A stretch of DNA of 58,418 nucleotides, filler included, from Ionaspis alba (Eukaryota), in NCBI GenBank assembly GCA_964255285.1. It is 6 parts of 6 records of this genome, joined end to end, with 100 filler letters (N's around TTAATTAATTAA, not from the genome) between each part and the next. Parts side by side here need not be neighbours in the genome. Positions count along the whole stretch, not along the records: positions 1 to 9,672 come from CAXUUL010000655.1; positions 9,773 to 19,436 come from CAXUUL010000656.1; 4 more parts are not named here. One strand, written 5' to 3'. Position 1 is the stretch's first letter. Each line of letters begins with the position of its first letter. This document shows positions 1-10,389 of the stretch, piece by piece. Both the position numbers and the translations under genes were made by a program. The notes below the pieces were generated by a model, which searched no databases, was not told where the DNA came from, and saw nothing but the letters and a program-made list of their open reading frames with translations.

Positions 1-1602
1 AATCAGGGTTGTGGAGGGAGATGAAGTGGGAAGGGCAAGGGTGGGAACTGGGTGATGAAGGTTCGGACCTGGTTTGACTCGGGGTGGTCTAGGTTATCTA
101 TTCAGTATGGATCGACTTGTCATGGTATGGTAGCTGCTGAAAGACTCTGTATCTCAAGGCGCAATGATACATGAGGACTCTCTATCTGGTCTATATTGCT
201 GCTTTTTTTGCGTCCGATGCGACATAGCTTCGTCTGCAGTCCTCCAATCTTACAACAGGGGTGACAAGCACCTTAGCGTTTTCGCCCCATATCCATGAAG
301 ACAAATGTAGATTCACAAGCATATCCTCGAGATGTCTCATCTGTTGTGCTTCATGTACGGCCCTGCCAGGCTGACGGCTCAAGAAATCACAGATGATTAT
401 TCCTTTGACTCATTGCTCAAAGAGACGAGTTTCTCGGAAGTAGAATTGTCGTCATCCACCAGTACACGGAAGTGGTCTGTTGCAATCTCCCATCCTGTTG
501 CAATATCATCTTTGGATACATCGAGCGCAGTGCATAGACCGGCACAATTCAGTGCAATGGATGACGTTTCACTGAAGATTTTCACGAATGCAAGCTAAAG
601 GGGTATGTCTTCCAAGGTCCGCAAAAACCTTGATTGGCGGCAATAGAAGGCTGCTCGATATTGGCCAAGAGCTCGTTCAGGGCTCGAATACAGCCTGTAA
701 CAGAAGGTGTATTTTGCAAGATATGTCGAGCGTACTGGACCGGGGGCTGCCAGTAGGAACGTACTGGCATCGAAACATGCGGCAGCAACTTACTCCAAGA
801 CTAACACTCATCCACTGACCTCGTTGAGGCAATCTCGAGATCAGATTCGTCCCTTTCCCACTCGGTCAGCAGACCAGCAACCACTCCTGCAACGAGTGTC
901 AGTCCGCAGCCAGCTCAGACGGTCGTGTATAGCCCTCCATTGAGACGAAGCATACGGCTACTGCAACAGAAGAAAAAGAGTACTACTCCTAGCTCTCGCA
1001 TCGAAAAGGTTCCGCGGGCGAAGTAACGGCGAAGAAGGAAGTGAAAGATCCCAAGTTTCCGACGCCTAGAGTACGACTTGGTGTAAATACAGAGCAACTC
1101 CACTGGCTAATATGTTCAGACTCAGTGAGATGCCCTTGGATGACTTAGGCTTCCAAATCAACAAAGACAGTATCTGTAGAATCTGTCGCTGCGTTGGTAT
1201 GTTGACGCAAGAGATCCATTTCTGTGGATGCCCTCCAGCTAGATTGACAGGGCTAGAGGGCACTCGTGTGAAGGTTGGGTTAACGAGGTTGAGACAAGGA
1301 CGAGGGGCCTTGGGTTCGTGGCGGAAGGAAGGGATGTCAGTCAAACTGCAGGTGACCATGCCGTGAATGGAAGTCAGAAATGCTGAGGGAGTGGAAGGCT
1401 CGACGGATGCTTCTGCACGCCTTGTTGTTGCGACACATTACTAGCCATAGGAACCAATACCAAGATTCGGAGAGGACGTCGTTCTTCCCTTTACTATACT
1501 GTGTATCGCGAGATGCGAGTTTGCTGGATATGTGGACTCTATTCCCATTCCTCCGTCTAGTATGAGACAAGATATATACAAGAAAGTCGAGAGCATGTCG
1601 TC

Positions 1603-3035
1603 TCATTTCCGCCTGTTCATCGTCTTCACACACATCTCCGTCAGTCCGTCCCTGGCATCCGAGTTTGGAAAGCCGCTGATGGCACTTTTAGCTTTATCAG
1701 CATAGTCTTGAGCTAGAGCTCGAGTCTGCTCTAGGCCGCTGCTGCGGGCAACAATGTCTCTAGCCTGATGAAGCGTCAGTATAGAAACAGAAATGTGGGA
1801 ACGAGTTTGCGGACCTTCTGCACATCACCCTCCTCTGCAAATTTCCGGCCAACAAGGACACCAAGAGAAGGATCATCTTTCCAGGCGAAGAGAAGCGGAG
1901 CTGTTGCCAGACCAAGCTCCAGGTCAGCACCAGCTGGCTTCCCAAGTTCAGTTTGGCTGATGGTATAGTCGAGCATGTCGTCAACAAGCTGGAACGCCAG
2001 GCCGAGGTTCTTCCCGTACGAGTAAGCCGCTTCAACGACTTGAGGAGAGCTTTGACCAAGCAATGCAGCAGCACGGCACGATTTGCTGATGAGACTGGCG
2101 GATTTGAGGTAGGTTTTCTGTAGGTAGTACGTGATGGTGTCCTCTGTCCATATGGGTTTCTTTTCATCCAATGCGGTGTTTTTCAATTGCATAAACTCGC
2201 CTTCGACGAGGTTTGCTATTACCGTTGCTAGAAGTTCTATGACTTCTGCGTCTCGTAATCTTGCTAACGCTACAGAAGCTCTGCCGAGGAGAAAATCTCC
2301 TGCTAGGACGGCCATCTTGTTACCGAAGGCAATGTTTGCTGATGGAGAGGATCTGCGCGAAGTGGAGTGGTCTATGACGTCGTCGTGGAGGAGTGAGGCC
2401 GTGTGTATGAGCTCGGTGATTTCTGCGAGTCGACGCTGAGAGGGGAGGATGTCGGAGTCCTCGAGAGGGAAGGTAGCGTCGAGAGAAGAGGCGGAGAGTG
2501 GATTGGATGCAGGTGAGGAAGGATTGACGTCTGACAGAATGGCGGAAGGCGTGATTGAGCTGTCTATACTAGCAGCGGTAGGTATAGAAGCATCTCGAGG
2601 TGTCTTGGGGGTCAGAGCTGTGGCTCTCGACATCAAGAGGACAAGCAATGGCCTTATATGTTTGCCTTCCGACTGCGTATAGTATTTTGCAACCGTATCC
2701 AACATTGGATGTCCAGATCCTAGAAGCTGTCGTATATTCCTTGTCAGGAACTTCATCTCTTTGCCCACCACTCGCAGTGGATCCACTGCAAGTCCTGCCA
2801 ACGCCTCATCTGCCTTTCCTCCATTGTCTAATATGGTCTGAGCAACAGAGACAGCCTGAGCCCAGGTAGACTGATTGCGCCGCCGTGCAGGTGAGTACTG
2901 ATAGAACGACCTAAAGGGAATGCTGTCCGTAGATGTTAGTGTGCGTCGACAGCTAGGGCATGTTTTAAAGGACTGCTGGAGGCGAGGTCGAGTATTATTG
3001 ACGATTGTCTGCCCGCGCAACAGTTGAGATTTCAT
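1603..3035 (-). CDS. COQ1: Mitochondrial hexaprenyl/decaprenyl diphosphate synthase (trans-prenyltransferase)
   Basis: GKHIRP, ELIHTASLLHDDVID (first Asp-rich motif), NKMAVLAGDFLLGRAS, LGLAFQLVDDMLD (second Asp-rich motif); Arg/Ser-rich mitochondrial presequence; GT-AG intron 1765-1814, then last exon ARDIVARSSGLEQTRALAQ...MNRRK*. Confidence 0.96.
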
Positions 3036-3311
3036 GGTATTTTTCTGCGCAGCAGTCTTTCCAACACCTCATTATCTCAAGTACTTCTCTGGCCTGGCCC
3101 GCAAGATCTCAGCAAATCTATAACCATCCTCGTGTTCGGCTGGATTTTCGGGTGTTCACGGTACCTGAGGCATCTCCAAAAATATCGCTGATTTCATCAA
3201 GGATCTGCTTGCCGAGTCAGTGGTCGACCAATCACAACTCAGCTTATGCCAGCATCCTAAACACCCTCAAGACAAATGACATTCCTGCAACTCGACCAAA
3301 CATGAACGAGT

Positions 3312-4207
3312 ATGGTGCTCCTCACTATGACGGATGCCATGGTGGCAGCCATTCGATTATATCTCAAGCTTGAGACCAAAGACAGAGGTATTGTGGAGCA
3401 GGAAGGCGATCCGTCGCCCGAAAATCCAGTTTCTGGACAACCTATATCTCATGGGCAGATAATCGCAATCTCGAAATACCTACGGGAGCTTTACGAGGAA
3501 AGAGATGAACAAGGTAGCGTCGGATCACCTCGGCCATTTCATCTAGATGAGTTGCTCCGAGGCTCAAAGGTCTACATCAAGCCCCCGAAACCGAGACTGA
3601 AGGCTCCAAAGGTGAGCTGTCAGACGAACTCGGTTGTAGACCATTCTAAAAAGGCGCTTTACAGACTTCCGAATATCTAGAACTGATGGCCCGTTTACGG
3701 AAAGAGGAGGAAATCCGGAATTACGAAAGGATGATCAACCCTCCTCCCGCAGCAGAGATCATCTCCCAGCGCTTTGCCGGCGGCGCAAGGACAAACCCGA
3801 TGTCCATAGGAGCCCAGGGTGATGTCGACGAGGCCGATGAGATTACATATGCCGACATCAACAGACAGATGGCACTCATCATCAACATCCTGGTCTCAAT
3901 CGTGGCTTGCAGCGTGGCACTGTGGATGGCCGCAAGCCATTGGAGTACACCGAAGCGAGTGGGCTTGAGTATGGGAGGGAGCGGGATGATAGGAGTCGCC
4001 GAAGTTGTAGTATATACTGGATACTTGCGGAAGTTGCAGGTGGCCAAGGACAAGGGCAAGAAGGAGATTGAGGTCAAGGAGATCATCCAGACTTGGGTCA
4101 TTGGAGGCGATGGGCCGGGTGCTCGGACAAAAGATGATGAGCCGGTGCTGCTGAAGGACAAGGATAACGGCGATATCAGGCAGAGGAAGGGTTTGTCTCG
4201 TAACTAA
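3312..4207 (+). CDS. VMA12: ER V-ATPase assembly factor Vma12/Vph2 (TMEM199 family)
   Basis: MVLLTMT start; LDELLRGSKVY; EYLELMARLR..E...YERM; two C-terminal TM helices (QMALIINILVSIVAC, GVAEVVVY); in-frame intron 3612-3664; head-to-head with COQ1 (276 bp between ATGs). Confidence 0.9.
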
Positions 4208-4397
4208 TTGATCATGATATCCATTCGATTTGGCATTTCTTTGAAAATGATGCTGGGAAAACCCGCTTCCGAAGCCCTAGCTCAGCTCGTGCCTGTTCAA
4301 TTGCCTTGTGACTGACATATTGTTTGGACGTAGAGATTGAAAGCTCAAGTTGATGACGTGAATAGATCATAATGGGCAGAGTAAGGTAGAAGAACTG

Positions 4398-4893
4398 GGA
4401 ACAGCAGGGTCTGCAGCAGCGTTCACATGACGTACTGGAGCTGTTCCGCAAAGGGGCTACTAGAGTTCTCATCGAGTAAAACGAGCATCATCCCCAACTC
4501 CACCCTCAGAAACAATGATTCTTATCGAGTAACAACATCGCTAGGGGTCAAACCCTAAACGTTCTGATCGAGTAAAAGAAACAGGCAGTCTCCCGGCGGG
4601 CCATCGTCCAACTCACCAGAGCGCACTGCAGGAAGCCATCGGCACCCTTATCAAGCTTGGCGGCGATTAGCGTCACCGCTTTCCTTCCTCGTCCTGCTCC
4701 GAATCCGCACAAAGAACCACAGAAAACTGGCCATGAGCCAAACAAAGACGACACGCGCCTCCGTCATCCCGATAAGCTTACGATCAAGCTATCGAGTAAG
4801 AGGAACCATCATGAAGGCCACCATGTCGGAACAGCTAGGGCCGAGCTGTTCCTGGTGCAGAGCTAACATCCTGCTACGGAGACCCTGATACTG
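4398..4893. other. Non-coding element with repeated motifs and long-range self-complementarity (candidate structured RNA or enhancer) upstream of DAL1
   Basis: ATCGAGTAA at 4471, 4524, 4567, 4791; GGAACAGC at 4398 and 4828 with its complement GCTGTTCC at 4440 and 4845; CAGGGTCT (4405) complementary to AGACCCTG (4880). Confidence 0.6.
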
Positions 4894-5233
4894 ATGTTTG
4901 GCTGTGTGCTCTGCTATCTGGAGGAGCCGATAAGGAAGCCTCTTCTTGCGTTTTGACCCTCTGCCTGTCTACGACTACCCCACAGAATTGTGCCTCGCTG
5001 TTTTGTTGATCTCGTATTCGATTGTGGGGTAGAGAGTGCTCTGCAAGACTTCTCTTTGGATCTTGCGTGATATCTGACCTCATAATCCAGTTCTTCTTAT
5101 ATCTTCGTGGTTATCGTCTATAGTTCAAGCAGATCGTACATTTCTGGCACTGCTACTGACCAGCCTAGATTCCTATGAGAGTATCTCAACATTTCTGTTA
5201 GCTACCTGAGCTTGTCCATTACGTACGCCCTCA

Positions 5234-6834
5234 ATGACGATCAACGACTCCAACTCAGGCGTATACCGCCCCTCCCCATCCTCCTACACCAATGGCACTA
5301 CCCGGCCGTCGATAACGGTTTTGGCCTCGAGCCGAGCGGTGGTCGACGGTAGAATAACAGAAGCAACAATCATCATATCCCTTTCCACAGGCAAAATCAC
5401 CTCAATCTTTCACTCCGTCCTTCCGGCCTCCGATTTCCCACGTGGTACACCCTACGTCGATCATTCTCCGCATATCCTTCTGCCAGGTCTAGTCGACGCG
5501 CACGTCCACCTCAACGAGCCTGGAAGAACAGAATGGGAAGGTTTCTGGACGGGCACCCGAGCTGCGGCATTCGGTGGTGTAACAACAGTCATCGATATGC
5601 CACTGAATGCTATTCCACCCACGACGACAGTTGCTGGGCTCAAAGAAAAGGTCGAAGCTGCTGAGGGGCAATGCTGGGTAGATGTGGGTTTCTACGGCGG
5701 TATAATTCCAGGTAACGAAAAAGAGCTGGTGCCATTGGTAAAAGCAGGTGTCAGAGGATTCAAGGGCTTCTTGATTGACAGTGGTGTAAGCACCTCCCCT
5801 ACCCCTCAACCGTCTTCCTGCTAACCAATCCTTCCAAACAGGTCAAAGAATTCCCTGCCGTCTCCTCCAACGACATCGCCAAAGCCATGATCGAACTCGC
5901 TGACTCCCCCACAACCCTCATGTTCCACGCCGAGATGATCCCCCCAATCTCCGACTCCGTGGGCGACGACGTACAATGGTCTCTCCCACCCCTCGCCCCA
6001 ATCGGTCCGCTAAACGAATACCGCACATTCCTCGCCTCACGTCCTCCATCCTTCGAAACTTACGCCATTTCCGAGATCCTATCACTCGCACACCTGGCGC
6101 CAAATCTACCCTTGCACATCGTGCACCTCTCTGCACTAGAAGCCATCCCACTACTTCGCGAAGCTAGGGCAGCTGGCGTCAACATTACTGCCGAAACCTG
6201 CTTCCACTACCTCTCCCTCGCCGCCGAGAGCATCCGCCACGGCGACACACGCCACAAATGCTGTCCGCCCATCCGCGGCCAATCGAACCAAGATGCCTTA
6301 TGGGCAGAACTGCTCCGCGAGCAGGACGGTGTGATTCAAACCGTTGTGTCGGACCACTCGCCTTGCACGCCGAATCTGAAACTCCTTCCCTCGGACATCG
6401 CTGGCAGCATCAAGGCATCGGGAAATGCAGAGAAAGGCGATTTCTTCGCCGCCTGGGGCGGTGTCAGCTCCGTCGGTCTTGGACTGAGCATTCTTTGGAC
6501 GGAAGGCCGGAAGCGGGGGATTAGTGTCGAGGAGATTGTGAAGTGGTGTTGTAAGAATACTGCTAAGCAAGTCGGCTTGGAAAGACAGAAGGGGGATATT
6601 GGCGTGGGGTATGACGGCGATGTGGTGGTTTTTGATGATGCGGGCAGTTTCGTGGTGGAGGAGAGTAGTATGCTCTTTCGGAACAAGTGCTCCCCGTATC
6701 AGGGGAAGAGGTTGAAGGGGGTGGTTAGGGAGACTTGGGTTAGAGGACGCCGGGTTTATGGGAGGAGCGAGGGGTTTGCGAAGGGCGGACCGATGGGGAG
6801 GTTGTTGTTGGAGCCGAGAGCGCATAGGGCTTGA
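5234..6834 (+). CDS. DAL1: Allantoinase (amidohydrolase family)
   Basis: LPGLVDAHVHLNEPGRTEWEGF, GGVTTVIDMPLN, GFKGFLIDSG, FHAE, HIVHLS, TAETCFHYL, KCCPPIR, SDHSP, AWGG; intron 5786-5841 joins the two ORFs in frame. Confidence 0.97.
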
Positions 6835-7141
6835 GTCAATTGGCGATAGAAGATAGGGATTGTAATAGATAATCAAGTAAGAGTACAATGCTAGAAGTTT
6901 AATCATTGTAGGCTATTGTCCCTCAAATGGTCATCGGGAGGTCCTGGCAAGGCTGTCCAAGTCTATAAGGAAGGAACAATGGAAGAAACAGATACTTCGA
7001 GCTTGGAAAATAGCTTGCAATACAGCGCAGTCCTATAATAGGGAAACTCAAAATCGCAGTGGTTAGTGCCAAGACGCGGCTTCGCATATCGAAACTTCGG
7101 ACTTCACATTTCATCACCGGGCAACGCACCACCACCAAACA

Positions 7142-9672
7142 ATGTTCCTGCCCAATCAGACACGCCTAAAAGCACTCTACGACATGGGCCAGGTCTCATC
7201 GCAAGCCAATGGTCAATCGAACACTGTGGACAGTAGTCAAGTTGGGTCGGAGAACATGGGTGAGGCCGGTGGGACTGAGATTGGTGGTGGGAGGTCGCAG
7301 AGAAGGAAGAAGAGAAAGAGCGCGGAAGGCTTGCACGATCTTGAAGAGTCACAGATAAATGGAGGAATCGTGCCAGGTCACAGTCGGGAGAAATCCCGTA
7401 AGAGGAAGAAGAGGAAAACTGCTGAGTCGGAAGAGCTACCCCACGAAATTAACGGTGCCGGCCTCGAACATAGTGGAGAGAAGAGTCGGAAGCACAAAAA
7501 AAGGAAGTCAACTAATTCAGAGGATGCGTTAACAGAAAACCAGCCTGCAGACGAAGAAGGAAAAGCGGCGCCAGCGGATGAAGCGAGAGCTGTGGGTGAA
7601 GAGGCAGAGAGCGCCCTCACTCTATTGCAGCTCAGAAATGGCGTTCAATACGACGAACCTGCAAGTCCCCAAGCAGTCAACGAGGACGATGCCGCAGCTG
7701 CTGCTCAGCTGGTCAAGGAAAGCTCTCCTGTTGCGGTGAAAGAAAAGCCTAGGAAAGCAGTTATAAACGGTGTTCTAGCTACGGACGACAAGGCCGGACA
7801 CCCGGGAGCGAAGCACAGCTCGAAGGTACTTAAAGGACGGATGCGAAGATCATCGAGCTCGGATGATATGCTTCCTAAGTTATCACATGAGCTTCATGAA
7901 GTTTCGAAGAACGTCAATAGGAATGGCTATCTGCCCATGCCAGTTGCTCGCCACTCGGAATTGCCTCGATCTACACTTAGTCTGGATGACATCGACTCGG
8001 ATGATGAGAGCGTTGCCGCGTTGCTACGAGGGTATCAGGATACTATGCCAGGTCCAGAAGGTGATAGTGGAGAGGACGATTCAAATTCACAACTGGCACT
8101 CGATGCATTCGAGAAGGCTACTGCTGCAGCAATTGCCCCAGCTTCTGTGGATAGCCCAGATGATATTTCAGTCGAGCGTGCTGGCGATATACAAGGAAAG
8201 AAGGGCAAAAAGAGAGCCAAGCACTCTTCTAAGCAATTGGCCGAGGACGACAACGACACCGAGCTCCACCCTAAGCTCCAACAAGTACGACGACGCAAAG
8301 CCAATAAGAGGACTATAGCAGGTAGATGCAGTACGGACGAGGTCCCGTTGACATATTCACTGACAACGTTCGTAGACAAGGAGACACCTATCGATCCTCA
8401 ACTCACCGGTCCAGAATACTCCGTTATGCAGCTAGAAAACTACAGACATTCCGATCCATTGCCAACAGAGCATACCAAGCCCGGCAAGCTCAAGCGTCTT
8501 TCGACTCGAATGCGCGGGAAAAACGCCAATTCCCAGAGCAATACGATGGACCGCTTCGTGTACCATACACCCGCAACCCAAGTCTACGATGTTGCCGGCA
8601 TCGAGGCGCCATCCAGTTTGAGAGGCAACGAACCACAGCCCTCTCACGACTCCGACCTCGAACTCACCACCATGCCCACTCCCAGGCGCAAGAAACGCCG
8701 TCTCCCCGACCTCGACGGCGACTACTCCAGCACACCCAACCCACACTCCTCAAACCGCACCCTCTCATCCCAACGCAGCCGCAACCACAACCCACCCCTA
8801 GCCGAACTCGCCACCAAAGGCGGCCCTTTCACCTCCAGCGAAGTGACAAAGATCTACAACTTCCGCGACACCTACTGCACCCAACACGACTGGAACCATC
8901 GAAAATTTGCCGACACAATCCAATCAAACGCACGCAACGTCCCCAAACTAAACACCTTCTGGTCCGAAATCTGCGCTCTCCTCCCTTACCGTGGGCGCCA
9001 AGCCATTCAAAAATTCTGCCGTCGGCAATTCCACAATTTCGGGAAACGGGGCGTCTGGACAGAATCCGACGACGAAAAGCTGCGACAGGCCGTCGCGGAA
9101 AAGGGCACGAGTTGGAAGGCCGTGAGTGAGATCTGCGAGCGCCACCCGGAGGATGTGAGAGACCGGTGGCGGAACTACATATATAATGCGGAAAACCGCA
9201 ATACGAAGGACTGGACGGATGCGGAGGTCAAGAGTCTGTGTCAGGCGGTTGGGGAGTGCATCTGGCTGATGCGGGAGGAGAGGAGGGCGAGGAGAGAGGC
9301 GGAGATGCAGGAGGCTGGGTTTGTGGTGCAGATGGATGAGGAGGCGGAGGAGGCGGAGTTGGAGGGGTTGGTCCATTGGCAGGTTGTTAGTGATCGCATG
9401 GGGGGCATGAGGGGGAGACTGCAGTGTAGTGCTAAGTGGAAGCAATTGAAAAATGCGGGGAGAGCGGATTTTGCGAGGATGTTGAGGAAGGCGGGGAAGG
9501 TTTTTGAGAGGTTGGAGAGTGGACGGTTGGAGGAGCCGGAGTATCCGAGTAAGGATTGGAGGGCTAGGAGGGCGAGGAAGAGGGTCGAGGTTAATATGAG
9601 GGCGGGGGATAGGTATGATTTGTTGATGGCTTTGTTGGGGTGTGGAGCCCAAGAGGAAGAGGGGATTAAGTG
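7142..9672 (+). CDS. Myb/SANT-repeat DNA-binding protein, Reb1/Nsi1/TTF1-like (3' end cut by contig end)
   Basis: Long low-complexity Lys-rich N-terminus, then GPFT..E, RGVWTESDDEKLRQAV.EKGTSWKAVS...RHPEDVRDRWRN, DWTDAE, VHWQVVSDRMGGMRGRLQCSAKW; alternative start ATG at 7184. Confidence 0.85.
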
Positions 9673-9772
9673 NNNNNNNNNNNNNNNNNNNNNNNNNNNN
9701 NNNNNNNNNNNNNNNNTTAATTAATTAANNNNNNNNNNNNNNNNNNNNNNNNNNNNNNNNNNNNNNNNNNNN
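9673..9772. other. Artificial contig linker
   Basis: 44 N + TTAATTAATTAA (stops in all six frames) + 44 N. Confidence 0.98.
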
Positions 9773-10389
9773 GCGTTGTGAGAGAGGGGTGGAAGAGGGT
9801 TTTCTTTGGTTATATGGGAGGGCAGTCAATATGTTAGCGGGTGTTGTGACTGGCAGACTTTTTCTCCCGTCTTAGATGTTTAGTGGATAATGCGAATGAT
9901 ACATATGATCACATCCACGCTTTCATTACGTGTACTGTTAATGACATGGAAATTACATGATTTCCAGAACCAACATTGGAAACACTCTCGAACATCAACT
10001 TCCTTTCAACACTTTCTCAAGAACAGCAAGACCAATGCCGCCATCTACCGTGGGCTGAATGCACGAAGCACTCCTGTTCCCATACCTCAATACTACAACC
10101 CAAAATCACACCACATGATGCATCCATACCATTCTCCACCATCCCAATGCGTTCAGAATTTCCTGCCCAACGGAAGTGCCACCACCAGTCGCCCACCCAA
10201 AGACCAAACAAAAGCCGTCATTAATACGCCTTGCTCCCTTGATCATGCTGAACCCGTAATCTATTTAGCTCGCGCTCACAAGCTGTAATCCACAGTCCTC
10301 GCAATGTAAAAAAAAAACGCTCCATCGTAAATGCATGTAGACCCCTATGGAAAGGGCAGAAAACAGAGAAGTAACAACGAACCACCACC

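Noticed and set aside
4541..4560. AAACCCTAAAC as a telomerase RNA template
   Set aside because: It would encode TTTAGGG rather than the usual Pezizomycotina TTAGGG, is sequestered in a local hairpin, and the ~1 kb gap is short for a filamentous-fungal TER
4564..4590. Hammerhead-like CTGATCGA...GAAAC...GTC
   Set aside because: The core has an extra base relative to CUGANGA and stems I-III cannot be formed
4465..4800. CRISPR-like repeat-spacer array
   Set aside because: Repeats are only 9-14 bp with irregular spacing, the context is eukaryotic and no cas genes are present
9717..9728. TTAATTAATTAA recurring every ~9.76 kb as a biological repeat
   Set aside because: Always centred in N44 pads; it is a synthetic six-frame stop linker
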